Below are positions 50,831 through 62,100 of a stretch of 64,000 bases of DNA, in pieces. How positions within the stretch are numbered: position 1 is the stretch's first letter; each line of letters opens with the position of its first letter. The DNA comes from a virus: the IMG/VR virus record IMGVR_UViG_3300027913_000404; one strand, given 5' to 3'. A program made the translations under genes and the position numbers. Under the pieces are notes generated by a model that was not told the DNA's origin, searched no databases, and saw only the letters and a list, made by a program, of their open reading frames with translations.

Positions 50831-53800
50831 CTATCCCTCGGCCGGCCGATCGATCCCCGGCCGGATCGGCCACGTGGCGACCACGAGGTCATCAGGCAGC
50901 GCCTGCACCGTCACTTTCATGTCCAGCAGGGCCGGCTCGCCGACCACCTCGATGCTGCGCACCAGGTAGCGGCCGGCCGGGATGCCGCGGATATGAGCGA
51001 TGGACACCTGGTCGCCCACTTCGACGCGCGGATCGAAGGGACCGCGCAAGACCCTCAGGTCCTTGAGCGCCCACAGCTTTCGCAAGCGCCGCATGGCCCG
51101 ATGGCGCAGGGTGGCCCGGTCGTAGATGTGGGGCGTTTGCCACTGCGCCCAGCGCAGTCGGTCGGCGGTGGGTTCCATCACCATCACCCATTCCTCCGCT
51201 CCCCAGGCGATCATGGCCGAGGCCCACTCCTGATCGGCCGCCGCGCGCTGGTAAAAGACGAAGTACTGGCCGCTCAGTGTGCCCAGGTCGTCACGCTTCT
51301 CCAACAGCGTCACCTGCACCGAACCATCCGAACGCTCTCGCAGGAAGGCATCACGCCCTTCGAGCAGGCGCTGCAGGACGTTGCGAGCCGACTCCTGCAT
51401 TGACCACACTACGCCCTCGGCCGGCTCAAACAACTCGTCGGCCACCAGGCGCGTGACCCCACCATCACAGGCCACCGACCCGATACGAAAGCCCTCTTTG
51501 CCCGGTACGTGGAAGGCGACCACAAACTGGCCGTTCAGCCATAAGAAGATGGTATCCTTCTTCACCTGGCAGCGGAAGGCTCCTGCGCTAGATGCTGCAA
51601 TGGGGTAGCGCATGATCTCCCCGCTCACCACATCGGACAGAATGGCTTGCGTGCTGCTCATCTGAAGCCTGATCCCCGCCTGTGGGGGATTGGTGGTGTT
51701 GGTCCAGACGTAGAGTGAGAACGATCCACTGTAGTTGCCGTCCAACACCCAACTATGGCCGTGCAACTCCGGGAAGACGCGAACCCCAGCCGCCTGGTTG
51801 TCTACCAGCGTCACTGACTGGAACGGCGTGCCGCTGGCAGTGATCAGGGTGGCGCAGGCGTCGGCCACACTCATGGCCCGACCGTCCTGGAAGACGCTGA
51901 AGCGGTCTGCTTCAAAGCGCCGGCCGGCAACGATCACCGGGCTGCTCTCAGGGTGGCTCACGCGCGTCGTGCGCACGCCACGAATGATCGAGTGCTCTTC
52001 ACCTGTGCCGAAACGGCTGCCGTCTTTGCTGCTGTAGGCGATGATCTCGTCGTTGACCTGTATCTCGCCGCTGGCAGGAAAACCGGTGGTTTTGTTGACA
52101 TGCACCGCGTGCGTAGCATCAAGCTCCAGCGACTGGGTGGTTTTGGCGCTGGGCAGTGTGCAGAACAGCCCGGTGTACCAACGCAGCGGTTCGGCCGTTG
52201 ACCAGGCCGAGAAGCTGATAGCCTGCACCCAACTGCCGCCGCTGGGCCGCAGGTTGGTGATCAGGTGCCCCTGTCTGTACTGCACCAACAGGTCATACCA
52301 GGTATCGGCCACCATGCCGCCTGCGATAGGGAAGGTAGCCAGAACGGTCTCGATCCCTGCCGCATACTGTACCAGCGAGACATGGCTGGCCGTGAGTTGC
52401 ACCCGGCAATAGTCCTGCGGCCCTTCGTACCAGAAGACAACCCCACCGGCTGCGCCGTCTGTGGACTTGGTGATGCGCAGGCGCGTGCTGATCTGGAACT
52501 GGCCGCTGTACTGGACGCCCACCGTTGCCACAGCCTCGCTGCCATCGTGGCGCTGGCAGTAGGCCACACCAGCCGTCTCGTGGCCCCATGTGCCGGCGCG
52601 CGCGTACAGATTGCCCACAGTGAAGTCGGCGTGGTAGGCTTCTGGCCCCGAGAAGGTCTGATCCATCGGCGCAAGCAGCGAGATCAACCGCTTGAGCGGC
52701 CCTCGGCAAACCATCTCCAGCGCTTGCTTGTCAGCCTCCAGAGCGTTTCCTGGCGTGTCTAGCGTCATGGCGGCAATGGGAATAGCCGACTCTCCCACCA
52801 GGCCAATTCCGTAGACCAGCTCGTTGCCATGCTCCAGCAGGCTCTTGTCGAAGCCGTCCGGGATCAGCAGAGGCAGCTTGGCATCGCTGGCCTTGTCCAA
52901 GTCCTGCACCAGGTTGTGGCCCAAGACGTTATTCCCGATGGTCGTCTGCACGCCGGCGCTGCCTCCCAGCCAGGCAACCGCATCGCCCACGTAGCTGACG
53001 CTGGCGCCCACCACGTAGGCCGTGTTGCCGATACAGTGCAGCTTGCCGCGGCAAGCCATCTGGCCGATGTACCCTTCCTCTGGCATAGCCCAATGCACAC
53101 CGTCATCCGTCCAGAGCAGGTGGTAGTAGGACACATCGTAGTCGTCGCCAGAACCAGCAAAGCGCGACCAGGCCGTGGCGAACACCCGGTTGCCAACGGT
53201 AGTCAGCTTGCAGATGCGAGTCTGCACGCCGCCAAACTCAGGGTCGAAGGCCAACACCGGCCAGGGATCGCGGAACCCGGTTCCGGGATTGTAGGTCGTC
53301 GCGTACTGCGTTCCATTGACGTTGAAGGTGATCAGGTGGTCATTGCCCAATACTACCGCATCAAACCACTGGCAGTTAAGCGGGTGCTGAGGGTAGGCCA
53401 TTGGCATGGTGACGTTCGACCACACATTGCCCTGAAAATGGTGCAGAGTGACAGCGTAGGTTGTGGGACTGTAGCTGATGACGAAGCCCTCATTGTGCCA
53501 AATCGGCGCAATGGCGATGCCGTCGCCGCTGAAGACAGGCGAGTTGCTGTACTGGTAGGTGCCAGCAAAACCTGAGCCTGCGGTGTAGTCCCGGTACATC
53601 AGCCTGCCATCCAATCCCCGCACGAAGAACAACCGGGCGCTGTTGGGAGTGCTGTGCTGCGCCAGGGCGATGCCCGACCAGGGCTTGGGCGGGTTGGTCA
53701 GGCTGATCGTGTTACAGGTGGTGAGCTGGCTGGCGCTGCTGATCTCCTGCCACCACAGGTTCTTCCCCTGGTTGCCCGCAGCCAGCGATGTGACGCGCAG

Positions 53801-54055
53801 GATGTTGCCGTTGGCCAGCGTCACCGAGTCGCCGGCCACCACGAAGCCGCCGTAGCGAAAGCGCGTGGGCAGGTTGCGCTCGCGCGCCTCGCGCACCGTA
53901 CCGGGCGAGTCGCCCCAGTCCTCTCCCAAACCAGGAAGGGCATAGTACGTCTCACCGCTGTGCCATTGGAAATCGGGATAGCGCTGACGTACAGATAGAG
54001 AAACGTAGGGCTTACTGGTATAGGGACTACCAGCCCATGCGGAGGTGTCACGCAT
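50831..54055 (-). CDS. large tail tip/baseplate hub-like protein
   Basis: 1074 aa, beta-rich, C-terminal DPRVEVGDQV..YLVRSI; follows the Dit-like gene. Confidence 0.7.
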   Translation of the reverse strand: MRDTSAWAGSPYTSKPYVSLSVRQRYPDFQWHSGETYYALPGLGEDWGDSPGTVREARERNLPTRFRYGGFVVAGDSVTLANGNILRVTSLAAGNQGKNLWWQEISSASQLTTCNTISLTNPPKPWSGIALAQHSTPNSARLFFVRGLDGRLMYRDYTAGSGFAGTYQYSNSPVFSGDGIAIAPIWHNEGFVISYSPTTYAVTLHHFQGNVWSNVTMPMAYPQHPLNCQWFDAVVLGNDHLITFNVNGTQYATTYNPGTGFRDPWPVLAFDPEFGGVQTRICKLTTVGNRVFATAWSRFAGSGDDYDVSYYHLLWTDDGVHWAMPEEGYIGQMACRGKLHCIGNTAYVVGASVSYVGDAVAWLGGSAGVQTTIGNNVLGHNLVQDLDKASDAKLPLLIPDGFDKSLLEHGNELVYGIGLVGESAIPIAAMTLDTPGNALEADKQALEMVCRGPLKRLISLLAPMDQTFSGPEAYHADFTVGNLYARAGTWGHETAGVAYCQRHDGSEAVATVGVQYSGQFQISTRLRITKSTDGAAGGVVFWYEGPQDYCRVQLTASHVSLVQYAAGIETVLATFPIAGGMVADTWYDLLVQYRQGHLITNLRPSGGSWVQAISFSAWSTAEPLRWYTGLFCTLPSAKTTQSLELDATHAVHVNKTTGFPASGEIQVNDEIIAYSSKDGSRFGTGEEHSIIRGVRTTRVSHPESSPVIVAGRRFEADRFSVFQDGRAMSVADACATLITASGTPFQSVTLVDNQAAGVRVFPELHGHSWVLDGNYSGSFSLYVWTNTTNPPQAGIRLQMSSTQAILSDVVSGEIMRYPIAASSAGAFRCQVKKDTIFLWLNGQFVVAFHVPGKEGFRIGSVACDGGVTRLVADELFEPAEGVVWSMQESARNVLQRLLEGRDAFLRERSDGSVQVTLLEKRDDLGTLSGQYFVFYQRAAADQEWASAMIAWGAEEWVMVMEPTADRLRWAQWQTPHIYDRATLRHRAMRRLRKLWALKDLRVLRGPFDPRVEVGDQVSIAHIRGIPAGRYLVRSIEVVGEPALLDMKVTVQALPDDLVVATWPIRPGIDRPAEG

Positions 54056-54450
54056 CAGTTCACTCGCACCCACTCGATCTGTACTTCGTAGCCCGGCTCC
54101 GGTCGTGGCGCTTCCTGCATGTGTCTAACCTTGAACTCCAAGATCGTGATATTGAAAGTTCCTTGTCCCCACTTGGACGTATCACCAGTAATATGATCTG
54201 TGTATGATACGCTCAGTTTTTGCGAAGCAGTTTCCAAGTCAACCAAACTGCCCCAAGGCGAAGCTGCAACATAGGGGACTTTGAGAATTGCATTCACTGG
54301 CCGCTCTGCGGCTCCTGGACCCATGGATACAATGGTATTCCCCAACACACCAGTACGCACGGTTTTTGGGGGACGACTAGCGCGTTCGTAGCCTGGCGCA
54401 AGCACCTTATAGTCCTTCCCGTCAATTGTAATCTTGTTGGTAATTGCCAT
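54055..54450 (-). CDS. distal-tail-like small structural protein
   Basis: AGGGGA RBS, ATG 54450; lies between the TMP region and the hub gene. Confidence 0.6.
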   Translation of the reverse strand: MAITNKITIDGKDYKVLAPGYERASRPPKTVRTGVLGNTIVSMGPGAAERPVNAILKVPYVAASPWGSLVDLETASQKLSVSYTDHITGDTSKWGQGTFNITILEFKVRHMQEAPRPEPGYEVQIEWVRVN

Positions 54451-54465
54451 CGTATCCCCTAAGAT

Positions 54466-54618
54466 GTTGTAGCGGCGAGTAGCCAGGTCGCTCAATTGCC
54501 GGATGTTAGCGGTTTTGCTATGCTGGCCCGCCCTAGCCTTAGACCACTCCATGCTTGATGAAGGGAACCCCCGGCCACGCCGACCGCGATTGCCCTCGCT
54601 GTACCCGCCAGCTACAAC
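54466..54618 (-). ncRNA. candidate 153-nt structured RNA or leader
   Basis: closing stem GTTGTAGC-T-GGCGGGTA/TACTCGCC-GCTACAAC starting just after a promoter. Confidence 0.55.
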
Positions 54619-54630
54619 TGTCTAACAACC

Positions 54631-54660
54631 AGTATACCACATACAGTAGTCTATTGGCAA
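54631..54660 (-). promoter_or_regulatory. leftward promoter
   Basis: TTGCCA-18-TATACT with extended TG. Confidence 0.65.
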
Positions 54661-54662
54661 CC

Positions 54663-55751
54663 CTAGCGCCTTCCGAGTAGCGATTTGCGCCATGCTACTG
54701 CATCAGCCAAATCCGAAAACAGATACTTCTTTCGTGTAGCGGGATCGAATACCACAGAGAAAAATACCGGGATGCCGCCATCGTGAAAGTACCGATAGCC
54801 AAATCCGCTGGTATCGTTCTGGTAGGTTCCCACCTTGATCAAGAAGGACTCGCCGCCAAAGCCAGCCCCCACCGAGGCCGCGCGCATGTTGCTGTAGAGG
54901 ATAGAAGCAGCGGGGACGTGATCGTGTGCGCCAGCGACTACATCAGCCGGATAGTCCATCTGGTACTCACGGATAGCGCCATGAACAGGATTGAGAATAG
55001 AACGGAACCGGCTTTTGTGATACAGCAGCAGCTTCCAAGACTCCCGCCCAACCCGAAGGGTGAGAAGGCCGCGGTTAGGAAAACGCGGCGCTTTCATGTT
55101 CGCCATCAGGTAGGATTGAAGTTGCTCACCAAAGATGCGCTCATCGAACTCTGCGTCATGATTCCCGTCCACTTTTGCCAGCAACTTATTCTTGCTGGTA
55201 AGCTCGTCGACAATGCTTTTGAACATCGCCGCTTGCACATCAGGGGGAAGGACTTGGGAAAGAACAGCAGCTAGTGTCTTGAAGCTGCGCATGTTGTTGT
55301 AGGAATCCCCTAGATCAACCATGAACACACCGGGCGTTTCGATGATCGTCTCGATGTCCCTGGCCCACTTGTCGTACTGAACCGCGCCATGTCCCAAATG
55401 CCAATCGCCTTGCAGGGTTACGATAATAGGCTCGTCCGTGTCAATTGACACTTCTGCACTTGTCTGTGTATCTGATAAGTCCTTCTTTACTTGTTGGTTG
55501 ATCTGCGCTACTTCCAACAACCTGCGCCAGTTTACGTCCTTCTTAGTTTTCTTATCGTGAAAGATTGCTACGAAGTCGGATAAATCCCCCTCTTTCTCGT
55601 CCTGTTGTTCTGCGACCTTGACACCATCACTGACTAGCTTGTGATACCGCTTGCGATATTGTTCCCTCGTAAGTCCACACATCTCTCCTAACTGCGCCCA
55701 TGTTGCTTCTGGGTTTTGCGCCTTCAATTCCAAGATGGTTGTATCAATCAC
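54663..55751 (-). CDS. HTH plus calcineurin-like metallophosphoesterase
   Basis: GDWHLG, DLGDS, GNHD and AHDH motifs; N-terminal TWAQLGEMCGLT HTH; GTG start. Confidence 0.88.
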   Translation of the reverse strand: MIDTTILELKAQNPEATWAQLGEMCGLTREQYRKRYHKLVSDGVKVAEQQDEKEGDLSDFVAIFHDKKTKKDVNWRRLLEVAQINQQVKKDLSDTQTSAEVSIDTDEPIIVTLQGDWHLGHGAVQYDKWARDIETIIETPGVFMVDLGDSYNNMRSFKTLAAVLSQVLPPDVQAAMFKSIVDELTSKNKLLAKVDGNHDAEFDERIFGEQLQSYLMANMKAPRFPNRGLLTLRVGRESWKLLLYHKSRFRSILNPVHGAIREYQMDYPADVVAGAHDHVPAASILYSNMRAASVGAGFGGESFLIKVGTYQNDTSGFGYRYFHDGGIPVFFSVVFDPATRKKYLFSDLADAVAWRKSLLGRR

Positions 55752-55766
55752 GCTCGCTCTCTCCCT

Positions 55767-55795
55767 TTGCATATATTATACCGCTGTGGTATAAT
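55767..55795 (+). promoter_or_regulatory. rightward (antisense) sigma70 promoter inside the leftward late region
   Basis: TTGCAT-17-TATAAT with TGTGG extension. Confidence 0.75.
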
Positions 55796-55800
55796 TCGGC

Positions 55801-55892
55801 TGTCCATGATCCATCCTTTCTTTGTGGTTGTGTCCTCACTGCAACCACAAAAAGAGCACGGCGCTTCACCTCCCGCCGTGCTCTTTTCTTTT
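55801..55892 (+). ncRNA. candidate small antisense RNA (about 90 nt) with anti-SD motifs and intrinsic terminator
   Basis: promoter, two hairpins (loops containing GTCCTCAC and CTTCACCTCC) and a U-tail. Confidence 0.7.
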
Positions 55893-56103
55893 ACGCCTCG
55901 CCTTCCCACACAACATACGTCTGCCCATTGTGGCCGTGGATCATTTCTACATCGTCTATGTTGTCGTAGATAGCGATTGACGATGTGCGGGTAAGCCAGG
56001 ACAGGACGCAGCGGCCATTAGAGAAGCATACTCCCTCGGCCACACGTCCTACCCCGCTCACCCCGCTTTCATCTACCATTCTGTATAAGTGAAACCGCTT
56101 CAT
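55891..56103 (-). CDS. conserved-looking small phage protein
   Basis: FHLYR..DESGVSGVGRVAEGVCFSNG..IHGHNG pattern. Confidence 0.75.
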   Translation of the reverse strand: MKRFHLYRMVDESGVSGVGRVAEGVCFSNGRCVLSWLTRTSSIAIYDNIDDVEMIHGHNGQTYVVWEGEA

Positions 56104-56111
56104 GCCGTGCC

Positions 56112-59100
56112 TCATCGCCATTTGTCCCTTTTGTTGACTTCCTGCACCACTGGTCGCAAGCGCTCAGGCGTAGCAACCGCCTGCATGATCAACTCGCCAT
56201 CGAGGATGAAGTTGACGATTGTCGGCGTGCCTGATGTACCAGACATGGTACTACTCATGCTTGCTTCTCCCATTGGCGATCTTCCAGAAGTAGATCGAGT
56301 CAACGATCTGCCACTATCATTGTTTTCCTCTTCTGTGGGAGGAACTGGATCTGGCGGCTTTTGCCAATTGCGAATAGCATTCAGGAATTCGATCAGCTTG
56401 TCGAGCGGCCCCTCGATCCCTTCTAGGCCCTTTGCAAATTCCTCTTGTGCAGTCTTTAGCGTTGCGGCATTAGCCAGCGATGCAGCTTGATACGCAATCT
56501 CTGCGTCTCTGGTAGACTTGCGCAGCTTTTCCATCTTCTCGTCATCTACCATCTGCGCTTGCGTCTGCTCGTACTGCGCCTTGAAGCGATCATCCTCCAG
56601 CTTGTTCAGCTTCTCTTGCAGAACAGTCTGATTATTTAGACGCGCTTCCTGCGCTGCCAGTTGAGCATCTTGCAGGGCCAAGCGCTGATCTTGCAATGCC
56701 ATGCGCTGATCTTGCAGCTCGAAGCGCTTCATCTGAAGCTCATGTAGCTTTTGCTCGAACGCAACCGCCGCTTCGTAACGCGCATCCTGGTAACGCTGGG
56801 TTTCTAGCTCGCGATTACGGCCACGGCTTTGGTCGTCACGCTCCCAACCCTGCGTCAGTTGCGTGCGCTCAATCTGGCGCTCGATCTCAACTCGCTGCCG
56901 GCCAGTAGAGTAGCGCCGTGATCGTTGCAGATCTTCCATCTGCCATTGTTGGGTAACGCCTGTGCGCTCAACCTTGATCGAGTAGTCCTCTGCGGCCCAC
57001 TCATACTGACGTAGTTGCATCCCGCGCTGTGCCTGCTGTTCGCTTAGCTTGTACTCTCGCTGAACGCCGTACTGTTGCTTGGATAGCTCAAGTTCTTGCT
57101 TGGCAATACCCAACTCTTGACGGCTGATCTCCAAGCTCTGTCGGGAAAACTGGATTGACTGCTGCTGAGCGGCGACACTCTCTTGCCACATCTGGCGACG
57201 AATGGCCGACTCTTGTTGAGCATAGCCAATAGTCGATTCACCCACTTGCAAATCGCCGACGCTTCCACTAACTTGAATCTCGCTGGCAGGATCATAGCCC
57301 TCGTCACCGGGCTTGCCCGTCAAGTTTATTGATGGCACAAGATTGCCAAGTTTATCTTTAGGACGCGAAAGAGCCGCCTGTACGGCCTCCATTGACTGGA
57401 AAGGCCCGCTTCCCCATTCGCGCCTCATCTGCGCCTGCTGACGGGCAAACTGGCGGCTCTGGGCCTCATTGGCTGCGGATGCGTACCCCAAGCTGGCGTA
57501 TCCAGCGCCTTGCTGCAAGTCGAACAACGGCGCGTATTGCCCGCCATTCGAGGCCGTCCAAGTAGAGCTACCAGGATCGCCCGAGTACATTCCGTACTGA
57601 CGTCCTAGCCGATCCGTCAGTGAGCCAGGGCCAAAGCCTTGTTGGGCGCTGAAACCCCAAGGGGTAGAGCCGGTATACCCTTCCTGAATGCGATTAAACT
57701 GATACTGCGATATCTGGCCGTACCATAATTGATTGAACGCCTGCCCAATCTGCGGCGCTATAGCCACTTTCTGGTCATTGTTCATGTATTGATACAATGG
57801 TGAATTAAGATATCCAGGTAGCGCAGACACTTGTCCAGGCGTCATTTGCTCGAAACTGCCATCGGGAAATGGCGATGTTCCCAACACAAACGCTTGATCA
57901 ATTCTGCTTGCACCGGGTGATCCAAGTGGCGTACCCATTGCGGCGGCAATGCCAGTTCGGCCAGCCTCTGCGCTCGTTGTCATGGACAACTCGCCGATAC
58001 TGGCGTCGCCCTTCTCTAACTTCCACAAAAGAGCTGAGAGTTGCTCTTGACTATATCCCTGATTGGGATATGCCTGATTCAGTATGCCCGCCGCAACCCG
58101 CGCGCTGTCGTAGGCCTTTTCATCAAGATTGGCAAATGATCTTTCAAAGTCACGCGCCCTTTCGCTGTGAGGCATCCATGCTTGAGGAGCAATGCCAGCA
58201 CTACCAGCGTAGGTTGTCATGAACCACTGTTGCCCGGCTTGTGTTCTATCCTGAATATTTGTGTTCTTGGCAGCGTAAAGCAACTCCTGAAAACCAATTT
58301 GTCCCATCCCAGCTTCTAGCGCTACCGATTCGGCTTGCACGACAAGGTTGCTGACTCGTAAAATGTCGTCTGGATTTTCCAGGGCTAACTGCTCGGAAAG
58401 TGCAGGCGCATAATGAGGCGGAAGACCCATACGTGCCGCAGATCCGGCAACTGTGCCACCGTAGCGTTGGATTGTCTCTTGCTGTGCGGCTGATCTTTGG
58501 GATAGATAACCACCAATCTCTCTTGCTCGCGCTCCCTCTTGTGTCAATCCAAACGTGCCAGTGAACCAGCCTACACCTGCCTCACCCATTGTCATGTTTA
58601 CGCCGCGCTGCATTGAGCCTGTAGATTTAGCAAGCTCTACAGCTCTTTGTGCTTCCTCGAACGTTGTGGGCCTCATCGTCGCAGATGACAAGGGCGACAG
58701 GGACTGAAAAGCCTGCTCGTAGATTTGTCGTTGCTCACCAGGAATGACGGTAGCAAACTGGTTCATCCAAGATACAGCTTGTGCGCCCATTGGGACGCCG
58801 GCAGCGTTGACAGACGTTAGCTGGCTGGAATACAGTTGCTCTGGACTTGCTCCGCCCTCGATGTAGGTTGCCCACTTCTGAAGGAGCTTGTCGATCTCTG
58901 GCGCTCTGCCCTCATACAACTCCTGTGCTTTTACGCCACCAAGCTGCAAGGCAGAGCCTGTGAGGCCCAAGAACTGATCGACGTTAACGCGGTTGCCATA
59001 CTGGCTGCGAATGTAGGAACGTAATCCTTGCGCATCGCCTTGAAGCGTGCCGGGAAGTATGGATCTTTCTTCTTCCTGTATCTGCTCTTGAACATATGGC

Positions 59101-62100
59101 AGCCTATTATATACGCCACTTCCAGGCGTAAGCATGGATAGTGTTCCCAAAACAGATGGTATTCCCGCTTGTTCTGCAGCGATCTGTCCAGGACGAATGG
59201 CACGGCCAATTGCGCTTCCAACACTACCTTCAGGTTGGCTAGTCCAGCTTTCACCTAATCCATGAGCATAGCTTGTTGCTAACCCGGCAAAAGTAAGGCC
59301 AGCGCCAATCATTCCAATTGGGCCAGCAGCAGCAAGCAGTCCAGCCCCAGATGCACCAAGACCATTACCAATCATTTTGGCGCTTAAGCCAAGCACAGAA
59401 CCAACACCAAGTGGAGTGCCAGCCAATGTTGCAGCAGCACCAGCAAAAGCGCCCATGTTCAATCCACCAACCATGCCAGCGAGCGGCGCGTATACCTGCG
59501 CCACGCCCTCACCCATCGCAGCTTTGGTATTAGCGATTGCGGCCTGACTACGAATGAACGGGGACAGTGAGCCAGAAGGCCCAGCCACGGCACCACCAGC
59601 CAGTGCCGCACCAATAGCGCTTTGTTCTTCGCCCAAGAAGTTCTGCATCCATCCTTGCTGCGCGCCTGTCGCCATGTTCCACGCCATGCGCGCGCGAAAA
59701 GCTGTGAAGCCCAGCGTCATCTCGGTAAAGATGCCACCAAGCCCACCCTTCTCATCTCCACCATCATCGCCAGGGCCACCAAGGCCAAGCAGCTTCTTCA
59801 GCGCAGCAAACTTGCCAGTCTTGGCATCACCGCCCAATCCAGCCAAACCCTTCTCAAGTTCGGACTTCTCGAAAGCCTGATCGATGTCGTCCGTTGCCAT
59901 GCCGCCCATCTTGCGAACGCCATGTAACTGCGCGAACAACTTCGACTGAGCGGGCGAGAAGATAGCAGCAGAACCGCCCGCTGCTTGCGCGGCAATGGCG
60001 TTTTGGAATGCAGCCTGAGTTTGTTGATAGTTGGGATTCGCCTCGATCTCCTTTTGCACCTGCTCAACACGCTTCTTCTCGACTTCCGTCAACTTGTTGA
60101 TGGTTTCGTCGAGTTTCTCCATTCTATCAAGTAAGGCTTCTGGTGCATCTTCTCCAAGCGCCCCTCTAACCTTTTGAGCATCATCCCACATGCTCCACGC
60201 CTGTTTACTGTTGGCCGTATCCAGGTTGGTATCCATCAGGTTACGCACACTGCGAACCATACCCTGGCCGATACCCTTGTGCTGATACCCTTGCTCCATC
60301 ATTTGTTTGACAGCAGGAGTATAACCACCCTCTAAACCCTCTCGAACCATACCCTCCATGAGAGATCGGGCATTACCAATCAAGCCCATATCTGTGTACT
60401 TGGCGCGAATAGAGTAATGATCCCTGCCGCTGGAACGCACATTCATCTCTAGTTGCGTGCCCAGCGGAGCCATCTCTTGGAGAGTCGGAATAAGCCACGG
60501 CCTGTAAGTCGCATCAATCTCCTTGTGCGTCTTAAGCCGCTCTACCTGCTCTTGCGCAATTTGAGCATATGGATTCTGTGGTAAATCCTCTCCACGCATT
60601 GCAGACTGCATGGCGGCTACATACTGTGGACGATCCTTCTCAGGAATATCTTCCTCTCCATATCTAGGATGGCGCCTGTTGGGGCCAAGAGACGGTGGGT
60701 TATAGTGCTCCCATCCCTGATTATCCAAATCCTCAAAGGCTTGATTGGCAGAAATCTTTGCGGCACCAAACGTTGCAGCCCCCCCCGCCGTAGGCGGGAC
60801 GGTTCCTTGATCGTAGCCGGGATCCGATTTGCCAACAGTAGCCGCCCTGGCCTGTCTCTCTTCTTGAATCCTCTTGAATTCAGCGGCGGGATCTGCCGCA
60901 TTCTGAAGACGTGCTTGAGTAGCGGGATCAAGTCTCTTGATATCTCCTGCTGTCTTGGGGATGAAGAGTTCTGGCCCATCCTCACCCACAACATACGGCT
61001 CATCTTCACTAACGGGCCCACCCATGCGTCGACCAGGAATGCCAAGTTTATTCCATGCTTCTGGCCCAGCAAAGAAGCCTGGCCCCATACCCATGCGCCG
61101 CGCCATCGCAATCTGCCAGTCAGGCAGCGGGTTCAGGCCACCCATATTTCTAATGTCGCCAATGGCCCCAGGCATGGCAACATCTTCGCCCTTCATGTTC
61201 TTGCTCGTGTACGCAGACAGCGGCAAGCCATCCTTCTCGCCACGGCCAAGAACACGCGTCATGGAACGAATGCGATTACCCTGCTCCGCATACGCCTGAT
61301 AAGCAGCCTTCTTCCACTTGTTCGGCTCATTCTCGACAAACTCCGTCATGCTTCCCTTAGAGAAGTGCATCGAGAATACGAGCTGTGGCAAGATGCCAGC
61401 CCTTGAAGGATCGTACAAGAATTCTTCGGCGCCTCGCACTTCGCCCCTGCCACCATCGATGGCTTGCAGGATGTTGTATGTATCGCCCGTCATCACGGCA
61501 TCACGAATGGCAGGGTCGCGACTAAACAGCATAGCGCGCACAGACGCCGGCGCATCCATCTTGGTAATTGCATCAGCAAGGACAGAACCAATACCGGCTG
61601 CGCCGCCTGTCCAGGCAGCACCACCACCGACATAGCCCTCTTCTTTGTCAAACTTGTCGTACATCGCCCCGCCCGGCCCCCAGGCTTCCATAGCGTTGAA
61701 CATCATCAACTCGCCCTTGCTCATTTTTTGATTGTCCAACGCCTTCTGGTAGATACCAGACGCCATGGTTACAGCCGCTTGCAATTCTTCTGGCGATTGA
61801 GCAAGGCTAGTCAAGCCGCGCAAATAGCGATTGTAGCCACGCCCCATGAGCATCTTGCTCTTGGCGGTTTTCTCGAACTCCGCAAGCATACCCTGGCGGG
61901 TGAATGTGGTTCCGTTCTTAGGATCAGCGTAGTAGCTGTATCCCATCGGCAGGTTCTTCTGCGGGTCTTTGACTAGCTCGTCGCTCCACTTCTTGCTTTC
62001 GTTCCAGTCCACGTCAATGCCGTGCAAAGCCTCGGACAGTGCGAGGGTATCACCCTTCTCAAACGCAGCACGACGCCCAGGGGTAAGCTCGCTGATGTAC

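Noticed and set aside
40342..53998. Numerous + strand ORFs across the late region
   Set aside because: GC-rich antisense shadows of well-supported - strand genes
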